Below, in pieces: positions 44,951 to 53,585 of a DNA stretch of 64,000 nt. Every line of letters begins with the position of its first letter. The stretch's first letter is position 1. The stretch comes from Candidatus Omnitrophota bacterium. Its GTDB lineage: Bacteria > Omnitrophota > Gorgyraeia > Velamenicoccales > JABMQK01. The notes below the pieces were generated by a model, which worked only from the letters and a program-made list of their open reading frames with translations, searched no databases and was not told the origin of the DNA. The stretch is from positions 326,032 through 390,031 of the forward strand of contig JAQTSV010000001.1 of NCBI GenBank assembly GCA_028711115.1, written 5' to 3'. The translations under genes were made by a program, and so were the position numbers.

Positions 44951-45691
44951 ATGAATCCGGCAAACAAATCAGGAATAATAAAACGTTTCTTGGGAAAAGT
45001 AGCCAATCTGCTTAACAAAGAATTCCAGATTTCTTCTGTCAGATCAAGAAAAACTCATCAAGTCAGTTCTCCTGTCAGATTGGATGAATCTCAGAAGTCG
45101 AAACAGTTTGCAGTCGAGGAATCCAAATATGCTTCTTGGCCGAGAGGTTCGGGTGAACACAGGCCTACAGCCCCGGATTTGCCCGCAGGTTACGGAGACA
45201 ATAAAATCATCCTGCAGATTCGCGATCCCTGGTGGATTCATTCCTATTGGGAAGTGACTCAAAATACAAAAGATAACCTCAGAGAAAGATTAGGCGAGCA
45301 ATATCATAGGGCAAGCTGGGCTTTAAGGGTATACGATGTGAGTTTTATTATTTTTAATGGTAGTAACGCGCATAATTATTTTGATATCTTAATTAATACA
45401 GAGGCCAGTAATTGGTATATTAATGTTTCCAGCGGGCGTTCTTTCTGCGTGGATTTAGGTCTGAAGTTAAAAGACGGAACTTTTATTACGGTTGTGCGTT
45501 CCAACACAGTTACCACTCCTTTAGACGGACCTTCTTGGATTATCGACGAAGAGTGGATGATACCGGATGACGAATTTATGAAATTGTATGGCTTTGGGCC
45601 ATACGGCAGTTCTCCTGTTGGCAAAAGGAGAAGAATCGGTGAATATATTTCTTCTTCCGGATTCTTTCCCAGAAGCGGCAAGAAAAAATAA
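44951..45691 (+). CDS. DUF4912 domain protein (usual partner of GH57 glucan branching enzymes)
   Basis: 246 aa. LPAGYGDNKIILQIRDPWWIHSYWEV matches the DUF4912 core as I remember it. It is followed by a GH57 gene. A G8 run at 44933-44940 acts as the SD region. Confidence 0.7.
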   Translation: MNPANKSGIIKRFLGKVANLLNKEFQISSVRSRKTHQVSSPVRLDESQKSKQFAVEESKYASWPRGSGEHRPTAPDLPAGYGDNKIILQIRDPWWIHSYWEVTQNTKDNLRERLGEQYHRASWALRVYDVSFIIFNGSNAHNYFDILINTEASNWYINVSSGRSFCVDLGLKLKDGTFITVVRSNTVTTPLDGPSWIIDEEWMIPDDEFMKLYGFGPYGSSPVGKRRRIGEYISSSGFFPRSGKKK

Positions 45692-45793
45692 TATTCGTTG
45701 GTAGGGATTCTCACCAATTCTTAGCCGAGGCTAATTCAGTCTCGGGTTAAATTTTTAGGATAAAAGAATATCAGAATCAAAAAGACAGACAAA

Positions 45794-47371
45794 ATGACCA
45801 AAGGATATCTTTGTTTAGTTTTACATAGCCATCTTCCTTTTGTGCGCCATCCTGAATATGAAGATTTTCTGGAAGAGGACTGGCTATATGAGGCCATCAC
45901 AGAAACTTATATTCCTCTTATTTTGGTCTTTGAAAAGCTGTTGAATGATGGCGTGGATTTCCGTATGACTATGTCTTTGTCGCCTACCTTGATAGCCATG
46001 TTAACAGATGATTTATTAAAGATGCGCTATGCCCGGCACCTGGACAAATTAATAGAATTGGCTTATAAAGAAGTAGAGAGAACCCGCACTGAACCGGCAT
46101 TCCAGAAGCTGTCCGCAATGTATCTTAACCGTTTTATAAAGATCCGCGAGATCTACCAAAGATATTCAGGAAATATAGTCTTGGCTTTTAAAAAATTTCA
46201 GGATTTGGGAAAACTTGAAATTATTACCTGCGGCGCAACACACGGTTACTTTCCTTTGATGGATGTCTGCAGGCCTTCTGTAAAAGCGCAGGTCAGAATA
46301 GCCGTTGATTATTATGAGAAAGTATTTGAGAGGAAGCCTCTGGGAATCTGGTTGCCGGAGTGCGGATATGTGCCGGGTCACGACGAGATACTCAAAGAGG
46401 CGGGGTTAAAATATTTCTTTACGGATTCACACGGCATATTCCATGGCTCGCCTCGGCCAAAATACGGAGTATTTGCGCCGGTGTATTGCAGGTCCGGAGT
46501 CGCCTGTTTTGGCAGGGACATGGAATCTTCCAAGCAGGTCTGGTCTTCTATCGAAGGATATCCCGGAGATTATTTTTACAGGGAATTTTACCGTGATATT
46601 GGTTTCGATTTGGATTTTGAATATATTAAACCCTATATCCATCCCGACGGCATACGCAAAAATACAGGCATTAAATATTATCGTATCACCAATAACAGTA
46701 ATCATAAAGAGCCTTACAATCCTGAAATGGCGATGGAAAAAGCCGCCGAGCATGCCGGTAATTTTATGTTTAACCGCCAGAAGCAGGTGGAGCATTTATT
46801 CGGCATAATGGGCAAAAAACCCATAATTATCTCGCCTTATGATGCTGAATTATTCGGTCATTGGTGGTTTGAAGGCCCGCAGTGGTTAGATTTTCTGATG
46901 AGAAAGATTGCCTGTGACCAGGATACGATAAAACTGATTACACCCAGCCAGTACTTATCAGAAAATCCCAGGAATCAGGTAATTACGCCGTCAATGTCTA
47001 GCTGGGGCTGGAAAGGTTATAGCGAAGTCTGGCTGCAGGGCAGCAATGATTGGATTTATCGCTATCTTCATAAGGCCTCAGAGAGAATGGTAGAGCTGGC
47101 AAAATCGCATCCCGACACAAACGGGATATTAAAACGCGCATTAAATCAGGCGCTGAGAGAATTATTGCTTGCCCAGAGTTCGGACTGGGCATTTATCATA
47201 GCCACAGGCACGCACGTAAATTATGCAATCAAACGCACAAAAGACCATCTTTTAAGATTTACTAAATTATACGAAGACATAAAATCAGACAGTGTGGACG
47301 AAAATTGGTTAAGGGATATTGAATATAAAGATAATATTTTTCCCGATATCGATTACAGGGTGCACCAATAG
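45794..47371 (+). CDS. Glycoside hydrolase family 57 1,4-alpha-glucan branching enzyme (GH57 plus DUF1957)
   Basis: 525 aa. Motifs: GYLCLVLHSHLPFVRHPE, GIWLPECGY, SPYDAELFGHWWFEG, LLLAQSSDWAF. Confidence 0.88.
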   Translation: MTKGYLCLVLHSHLPFVRHPEYEDFLEEDWLYEAITETYIPLILVFEKLLNDGVDFRMTMSLSPTLIAMLTDDLLKMRYARHLDKLIELAYKEVERTRTEPAFQKLSAMYLNRFIKIREIYQRYSGNIVLAFKKFQDLGKLEIITCGATHGYFPLMDVCRPSVKAQVRIAVDYYEKVFERKPLGIWLPECGYVPGHDEILKEAGLKYFFTDSHGIFHGSPRPKYGVFAPVYCRSGVACFGRDMESSKQVWSSIEGYPGDYFYREFYRDIGFDLDFEYIKPYIHPDGIRKNTGIKYYRITNNSNHKEPYNPEMAMEKAAEHAGNFMFNRQKQVEHLFGIMGKKPIIISPYDAELFGHWWFEGPQWLDFLMRKIACDQDTIKLITPSQYLSENPRNQVITPSMSSWGWKGYSEVWLQGSNDWIYRYLHKASERMVELAKSHPDTNGILKRALNQALRELLLAQSSDWAFIIATGTHVNYAIKRTKDHLLRFTKLYEDIKSDSVDENWLRDIEYKDNIFPDIDYRVHQ

Positions 47372-47398
47372 GCCGGATACGTAAAAAATTTACAAGAG

Positions 47399-48130
47399 AT
47401 GATCGATAGAAACAATCTACCCAAGCATATAGCAATTATAATGGACGGTAATGGTAGATGGGCAAAGAAACGCAATCTGCCCCGCACAGCCGGCCATAAA
47501 GAAGGAATAAATGTAGTCAGGGAAATTGTTGAGGCCGCATCTAATTTAGGAATAAAAGTTTTAAGCCTCTATGCGTTTTCCACGGAGAATTGGAAGAGGC
47601 CAAAGGCCGAAGTGGATATGCTTATGCGGGCATTAAGTTATTTCTTAAAGAAAGACATAAATAAGCTTATGAAGAATAATATCCAGTTAAGGATAATGGG
47701 AGATACAGACAGATTTCCCGATAGCCTTAAGAAATTACTTACGGATGTTTTGCAGAAAACAAAAAATAATTCGGGCCTCATTCTGAATCTGGCCTTAAAT
47801 TATGGCGCGCGCCCGGAGATGCTTAAGGCCGTAAAAAACATAGTGAATAAAGTTGAGAAAGGCGAGCTGGATATCAATAAGTTAGATGACGATAAATTTT
47901 CACAATTTTTATATACCGACGGTTTGCCTGATCCGGATTTATTGATACGCACAAGCGGTGAGATGCGCATAAGTAATTTTATGCTCTGGCAGTTGTCTTA
48001 TGCAGAATTATATTTTTGTAAAAAACTCTGGCCGGATTTCAAAAAAGATGACCTGGAAAAAGCCATAAGGGAATACCAGAAAAGAGAGAGAAGGTTTGGA
48101 GGGATAAATGCTTACGCACCGGCTAATTAG
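47399..48130 (+). CDS. uppS: Undecaprenyl diphosphate synthase (cis-isoprenyl transferase)
   Basis: 243 aa. Motifs: HIAIIMDGNGRWAKKR, FSTENWKRP, IRTSGEMRISNFMLWQLSYAELYF. Confidence 0.95.
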   Translation: MIDRNNLPKHIAIIMDGNGRWAKKRNLPRTAGHKEGINVVREIVEAASNLGIKVLSLYAFSTENWKRPKAEVDMLMRALSYFLKKDINKLMKNNIQLRIMGDTDRFPDSLKKLLTDVLQKTKNNSGLILNLALNYGARPEMLKAVKNIVNKVEKGELDINKLDDDKFSQFLYTDGLPDPDLLIRTSGEMRISNFMLWQLSYAELYFCKKLWPDFKKDDLEKAIREYQKRERRFGGINAYAPAN

Positions 48131-48917
48131 CACGATAGCATTGGTAACGATTACTATATTGGCACTGTTTTATAATCCGTTTTTTATCCTGCTAATTCTT
48201 TTGCTGACATTCGGCGGCTTGTATGAATTCTTTTCTTTGGTGGAGAAAAAAGGAGTGCCGGTATATAAATACTTCGGCACAATTGTAGGCTTGATTATCC
48301 CGCTTTCTATATTTTATAGATTTGAATTGACCAAGGGTTGGGAATTGCTTTTTATCGTCATAGGATTGATTTCTTTATTTGTTCTGCAGATTGTGAAAAA
48401 AGATAATTCTCAGGCGCTATTCAGTATTTCTGCCACTATTTTCGGTATTCTTTATATTTCCTGGCTTTTTTCTTTTATGGTCAAGATAAGACTGCTGCCG
48501 CACGGAGCTGCGTTGTTGGGCGCTTTGATTTTCATCACTAAAGTCACCGATATAGGAGCCTATCTTATCGGCACGCGTTTCGGTAAGCATATTTTGCTTC
48601 CCAAAATAAGCCCTAAGAAATCCATAGAAGGCAGTATAGGAGGATTGTTTTTTGCAGTTTTAGCCGCCTTGGCGAGCAAATCTTTTTTACCCGACATAGC
48701 GGTGTTTTCCTATATTAATTTAATATTCATTGGTTTTAGTCTGGGCATAGTCACCCATTTGGGAGATTTATCAGAGTCGCTCATCAAAAGGGATTGTCTG
48801 GCCAAAGATTCGAGCTATGTATTTCCCGGCATAGGCGGAGTGATGGATTTAATTGACAGCCTTTTATTTACCGCGCCGGTATTTTATTTTTATATTTACA
48901 GAGTTTTGTCGCAATAA
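48108..48917 (+). CDS. cdsA: Phosphatidate cytidylyltransferase (CDP-diglyceride synthase)
   Basis: 269 aa, polytopic. C-terminal signature region SLIKRDCLAKDSSYVFPGIGGVMDLIDS. It sits in the uppS-cdsA-dxr-rseP synteny. Confidence 0.85.
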   Translation: MLTHRLISTIALVTITILALFYNPFFILLILLLTFGGLYEFFSLVEKKGVPVYKYFGTIVGLIIPLSIFYRFELTKGWELLFIVIGLISLFVLQIVKKDNSQALFSISATIFGILYISWLFSFMVKIRLLPHGAALLGALIFITKVTDIGAYLIGTRFGKHILLPKISPKKSIEGSIGGLFFAVLAALASKSFLPDIAVFSYINLIFIGFSLGIVTHLGDLSESLIKRDCLAKDSSYVFPGIGGVMDLIDSLLFTAPVFYFYIYRVLSQ

Positions 48918-48940
48918 TAATGCGATAAACAAGTTTAAAA

Positions 48941-50110
48941 ATGAGTAGACAAAATATTGTTATTTTAGGTTCCACGGGTTCTATCGGCGCTAATACCCTG
49001 GAGGTGGTGGGAAGGTTCAAAGACAAATTCCGCCTTATCGGTATTAGCGCAGGCAGCAATATAAAGACGTTGAAGAATCAGATAGAAAGATTCAAGCCGG
49101 AATTCGTAGCTGTTTACAATGAAGAGAAAGCAGAACAAATCAAGAAAGGTTTAAAAGGAACAAAAGTTTTTTCCGGCTTGGAGGGAGTCTGCAGGCTTGC
49201 CTCTCTTAGAGACGTAGATACAGTGGTTATTGCTGTTACAGGAAGCATTGCCTTATTGCCGCTTTTGGAAGCCATAAGGTCAAATAAGAAAATAGCCCTG
49301 GCAAATAAAGAGGCGCTGGTTGTGGCCGGGCATATTATTACAGAACAATTGCAAAAAAATCCCAAATCTCAGATTATTCCTGTAGATAGCGAGCAGAATG
49401 CAATATTCCAGTGTTTGAAAGGATATGACCGCAGCATGATAAATCGCATATATTTGACTGCCTCGGGCGGGCCGCTGATAAATTGTAAAAAAAGCAATTT
49501 AAAACATGTTTCGCCTGAACATGCCCTGGCACATCCGCGCTGGAAGATGGGGAAAAAGATTACCATAGATTCAGCTACACTTATGAATAAGGGCCTGGAA
49601 GTCATAGAGGCCAGGTGGCTTTTTAATATACCACTGGAAAAAATTAAAGTAGTAGTGCATAAAGAGGCGATAATCCATTCATTAGTTGAATTTATCGACG
49701 GTTCCATGCTGGGGCAGTTAGCTGTCACAGATATGAAATTGCCTATTCAATATGCATTGAGTTTTCCCGAACGCTGGTATAACAATGGGCAGTTAAAGCT
49801 GGATTTATCAAAGTTAAAATCTTTATCTTTTGCTAAGCCTGATTTTAAGAAATTTCCCTGCCTGGAGCTTGCCTATTATGCGGCATCGCAGGGCAATATG
49901 CTTCCCTGTGTTCTGAACGCAGCCAACGAAGAAGCTGTGGAGGCATTTTTAAATCACCGTATTATATTTACAAAGATTCCATGCGTGATTGAGAAATTAT
50001 TAAAAAAACATAAAGATTTAAAAAATAGCAACAGACTCATAGATTTATTGGAATTAGACCATACAGCAAGAGTCCAGGCGCGGGAGCTTATCGGAGAATT
50101 GGCGAAATGA
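48941..50110 (+). CDS. dxr: 1-deoxy-D-xylulose 5-phosphate reductoisomerase
   Basis: 389 aa. Motifs: IVILGSTGSIGANTLEV, LANKEALV, PVDSEQNAIFQCL, LTASGGP, HPRWKMGKKITIDSATLMNKGLE. Confidence 0.95.
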   Translation: MSRQNIVILGSTGSIGANTLEVVGRFKDKFRLIGISAGSNIKTLKNQIERFKPEFVAVYNEEKAEQIKKGLKGTKVFSGLEGVCRLASLRDVDTVVIAVTGSIALLPLLEAIRSNKKIALANKEALVVAGHIITEQLQKNPKSQIIPVDSEQNAIFQCLKGYDRSMINRIYLTASGGPLINCKKSNLKHVSPEHALAHPRWKMGKKITIDSATLMNKGLEVIEARWLFNIPLEKIKVVVHKEAIIHSLVEFIDGSMLGQLAVTDMKLPIQYALSFPERWYNNGQLKLDLSKLKSLSFAKPDFKKFPCLELAYYAASQGNMLPCVLNAANEEAVEAFLNHRIIFTKIPCVIEKLLKKHKDLKNSNRLIDLLELDHTARVQARELIGELAK

Positions 50111-51201
50111 ATACAATAATTTTCTTAATCATCATAAGCGTTTTAATTTTTGTACATGAGTTCGGACATTTATTTATGGCCAGGAGATTGGGCATAAAGG
50201 TAGAAAAATTTTCCTTGGGTTTCGGGACGCAACTTTTCGGTTTTAAATTTAAAGACATAGATTTTAAAATTTGCCTTATTCCTTTTGGCGGTTATGTCAA
50301 GTTGGCAGGCGACAGCCGCCAGGAATATAAAGGAAACCACTGGGAGTATTTTTCCCGTAAGCCCATAGAAAGGGCAAAGATTGTATTCTTCGGGCCATTA
50401 TTTAATTATATCCTGGCGTTTCTGTTATTGTGGGCAGTTTATTGTATAGGCTATCCTCAGATGAACACAACTATCGGTCAGGTATTGGACAACATGCCGG
50501 CAAAAAGCTCAGGAATTTTGGAAAAAGACAGAATTATCTCCGTAGACGGAAAAAAAGTAAATTACTGGTCTGACGTATTGGTGAATATTAAAGAAAGAGC
50601 CATCAAGGATAAAGTAGAGGTAAAGGTTTTGCGCAATAACCAGGAAATCAGTTTCTCCATTGCCCCGCAAGAAAAAGAAGAAAAGGATTTGTTCGGCAAA
50701 ACCAGAAAGGTTACTTTTATCGGCATAGCTCCTTCCGGTGAAATTGTGGAAGAGCGCTACAATATATTTGCGGCATTTTTTGTGAGTTTGTTCCGCATAT
50801 TGCAGTTAACATACTTTACGTTCAAGGCGATAATCTCTCTGATCTTGGGTCACCTTTCTTTAAAAGAGGCAGTGACAGGCCCCGTGGGAATATTTAATAT
50901 TACCAGTGAAGCTGCTAAATACGGTTTCAATGCCTTATTGCATGTGACTTCCATGTTTAGTCTGGCTTTAGCGATTTTTAATGTCCTGCCCATACCGGTT
51001 CTTGACGGCGGGCATCTGTTATTTCTGGGGATTGAGAATTTACGCAAAAAACCATTAAGCGATAAAGTAGAGCAGAGAATTACTGACGTGGGTTTTGGTT
51101 TTATTCTAATCCTTGCGGTATTTATTCTTTTTAATGACCTCATAAGATACGGCTACTGGGATAAATTAAACGGTTATTTAATAAAATGGCACACGAAATA
51201 A
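50107..51201 (+). CDS. rseP: RIP site-2 metalloprotease (M50, RseP family) with a PDZ domain
   Basis: 364 aa. Motifs: HEFGHLFMARRLG (HExxH), a PDZ segment, and NVLPIPVLDGGHLLF. Confidence 0.9.
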   Translation: MNTIIFLIIISVLIFVHEFGHLFMARRLGIKVEKFSLGFGTQLFGFKFKDIDFKICLIPFGGYVKLAGDSRQEYKGNHWEYFSRKPIERAKIVFFGPLFNYILAFLLLWAVYCIGYPQMNTTIGQVLDNMPAKSSGILEKDRIISVDGKKVNYWSDVLVNIKERAIKDKVEVKVLRNNQEISFSIAPQEKEEKDLFGKTRKVTFIGIAPSGEIVEERYNIFAAFFVSLFRILQLTYFTFKAIISLILGHLSLKEAVTGPVGIFNITSEAAKYGFNALLHVTSMFSLALAIFNVLPIPVLDGGHLLFLGIENLRKKPLSDKVEQRITDVGFGFILILAVFILFNDLIRYGYWDKLNGYLIKWHTK

Positions 51202-52271
51202 AACGCAGAAAAACAAGAGTTATAAAAATCGGCAATACCTATATAGGCGGCAGCCATCCTATTTTGATTCAGTCAATGGTAAAGGTGCCTACTAAAAATG
51301 TAAAGAAAGTCTTAAAGCAGATTAGCGAGTTAGAAAAAGCAGGCTGTGAAATTATAAGAGTCGCCGTGAAAGACGAAGAAGACGCCCAGGCGCTTTACAA
51401 AATAAAAAAACAGATAGGCATTCCTCTGGTAGCGGACATTCATTTTAATTATAAATTTGCTTTAAAGGCCATAGATTCAGACGTAGATAAGATACGTTTA
51501 AATCCGGGAAATATTTTTAAAAATAATGAAGTAAAAGAAATAGCCAAAAAGGCGAAAGAAAGAAATATACCTATAAGAGTAGGCACCAATTCCGGTTCTT
51601 TGCGGGATAGTTACTTAAAATTGAAAGATACGGAATTGGCTCTGGTGAGGCAGACTCAGGATTCTATAAAAATGCTGGAAGACTTCGGCATAAAAAATAT
51701 AGTTATTTCTTTGAAGTCTTCTGATATGCTTGAGACAATAGGCGCGTACCGTAAAATCAGCAGATTATACGATTATCCGCTGCATCTGGGCGTGACTGCC
51801 ACAGGTATGTCAGGGCAAGGCATGGTGAAATCATCATTGGGAATCGGCGTATTGTTATTGGAAGGCATAGGTGATACCATAAGAGTGTCTTTGCTGGAAA
51901 ATCCTTTGCAGGAGATTAAGATTGCAAAAGATATTTTAGTTTCGCTGGGCATAAGGAGATTCGGGGCAGATTATATTTGCTGCCCCACATGCGGCCGCTG
52001 CGAAGTAGATTTAAGGAAGAAAGCACAGGAACTTACGCTTAAATTAAACAAATTAAATCACGGGAATACAGATAATTTAACCATTGCTCTTATGGGCTGT
52101 ATGGTCAATGGTCCCGGAGAAGCAAAGCATGCCGATATAGGTATTGCTTTCGGAAAAACAAAAGGTATTCTTTTTAAAAAAGGGAGAATTATCAATACAA
52201 TAGCCCAGGATAGCTGTATCAATGTTTTAATAAGAGAGATAAAAAACAAGGCTCACATGCAGTCTGTCTGA
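51186..52271 (+). CDS. ispG: 4-hydroxy-3-methylbut-2-en-1-yl diphosphate synthase
   Basis: 361 aa. Motifs: IGGSHPILIQSM, IRVAV, ADIHFNYKFAL, IRLNPGN, CPTCGRC, GCMVNGPGE. Confidence 0.93.
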   Translation: MAHEIKRRKTRVIKIGNTYIGGSHPILIQSMVKVPTKNVKKVLKQISELEKAGCEIIRVAVKDEEDAQALYKIKKQIGIPLVADIHFNYKFALKAIDSDVDKIRLNPGNIFKNNEVKEIAKKAKERNIPIRVGTNSGSLRDSYLKLKDTELALVRQTQDSIKMLEDFGIKNIVISLKSSDMLETIGAYRKISRLYDYPLHLGVTATGMSGQGMVKSSLGIGVLLLEGIGDTIRVSLLENPLQEIKIAKDILVSLGIRRFGADYICCPTCGRCEVDLRKKAQELTLKLNKLNHGNTDNLTIALMGCMVNGPGEAKHADIGIAFGKTKGILFKKGRIINTIAQDSCINVLIREIKNKAHMQSV

Positions 52272-52308
52272 CAAAAATCTTCAGACTCATGGAAGGAGGT
52301 TTGGAAAA

Positions 52309-53568
52309 ATGGAAGACTTAAAGAAGATGATTCAGCATAGATTGGTTAATGATTATGATATTTTATTCCAGGAAAATATTAACGAGGAAAAGATTAGATC
52401 TTATATTGATAAAATCGCAGAGACTTTGCCCAGCAAAGAAAAAGAAGAACTGAAGAACGAAAAGATGCGCAAAGATATCGCCCGGGAGATAATGGACAGT
52501 ATTATCGGCCTGGGGCAGTTAAAGCCGCTCATAGATGACCCCGAGATTACAGAAATTATGGTTAACGGCCACGATAAGATTTATATCGAGCGCAATGGCA
52601 GGATGGAATTGGCGTCAATAAAATTTAACAGCGAAAGAGATTTAATGACTGTTGTCCACAGGATAGTTGCCTTTACCAAAAGGCGCGTAGATGAGTCTAA
52701 CCCGTATGTGGACCTGTCTTTGTCTGACGGCTCCAGAGTCAACATTATACTGCCGCCTTTATCTCTCACAGGCCCGGCTATAACTATAAGAAAATTCTTA
52801 AAAGAGATTAGGACAATCGAAGATTTGGTTTCCCGGGATACTTTAACAAAGGATATGGCGGATTTTCTCATAGCCAGCGTGAAGGCTAAATTAAACATTG
52901 TATTCTCAGGAGCGACAGGAACAGGAAAAACCACAACTTTAAATATGCTTTTAAATTATATTCCCAGCGACGAGCGCATCATTACCATTGAAGATACCGC
53001 AGAGTTAAAGTTGTCTCAGGAAAATCTCGTAAGATTAGAGACGCGCCAGGCAAATGTGGAAGGAAAAGGCATTGTTTCCATTAGGGACTTATTCAGAAAC
53101 TCCTTGAGGATGCGCCCGGACAGAATTATCTTGGGCGAGATTCGTTCAGACGAGGCTTTGGATATGTTGCAGGCTATTTCCAGCGGCCATGGCGGCACCT
53201 TGGCTATTATCCATGCCGGTTCACCGCAGGAAGTCATATCCAGAATTGAGACGATGATAGCAATCTCCAATGCCATGCTGCCGGTGAGCATCATCAGACA
53301 GCAGATAGTCTCTGCCATAGATATTATCGTACATCAGGAGCAGCTAACAGATGGTTCCAGGAAAGTGACCTACATTTCCGAAGTCAGGGAATTCAAAGAT
53401 AACGAAGTGTTGTTGAAAAATATTTTCTCTTTTGAGATAATGGAAGAGAATGCAGATGAAAAAAAGGTTACAGGCAAATGGAAAAAGTCCGGCCCGGCGC
53501 CTTTATTTATAAATAAGTTGAAGAAGTTTGATAAAAAATTTACGGAAGATTTTTTTAAATCCAGTTAG
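52309..53568 (+). CDS. CpaF/TadA-type secretion ATPase (type II/IV secretion system NTPase, VirB11-like)
   Basis: 419 aa. Motifs: ITEIMVNGHDKIYIERNG, Walker A GATGTGKTTTLNML, IITIEDTAEL, MRPDRIILGEIR, GHGGTLAIIHAGS. Confidence 0.85.
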   Translation: MEDLKKMIQHRLVNDYDILFQENINEEKIRSYIDKIAETLPSKEKEELKNEKMRKDIAREIMDSIIGLGQLKPLIDDPEITEIMVNGHDKIYIERNGRMELASIKFNSERDLMTVVHRIVAFTKRRVDESNPYVDLSLSDGSRVNIILPPLSLTGPAITIRKFLKEIRTIEDLVSRDTLTKDMADFLIASVKAKLNIVFSGATGTGKTTTLNMLLNYIPSDERIITIEDTAELKLSQENLVRLETRQANVEGKGIVSIRDLFRNSLRMRPDRIILGEIRSDEALDMLQAISSGHGGTLAIIHAGSPQEVISRIETMIAISNAMLPVSIIRQQIVSAIDIIVHQEQLTDGSRKVTYISEVREFKDNEVLLKNIFSFEIMEENADEKKVTGKWKKSGPAPLFINKLKKFDKKFTEDFFKSS

Positions 53569-53585
53569 AAAGGGTAGATAATTTT

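Noticed and set aside
45747-45767. Short hairpin CCGAG-N11-CTCGG after the DUF4912 gene, considered as a terminator.
   Set aside because: The stem is only 5 bp with an 11-nt loop, and the following T-run is separated by GTTAAA. This is too weak to call.
46360-46808. Same-strand alternative-frame ORFs (46360-46596, 46443-46808) and a minus-strand ORF (46427-46795) inside the GH57 gene.
   Set aside because: The GH57 frame has strong family motifs across this stretch. The alternative frames give Arg/Ser/Ile-rich sequences without motifs. They probably reflect locally lower stop-codon density.
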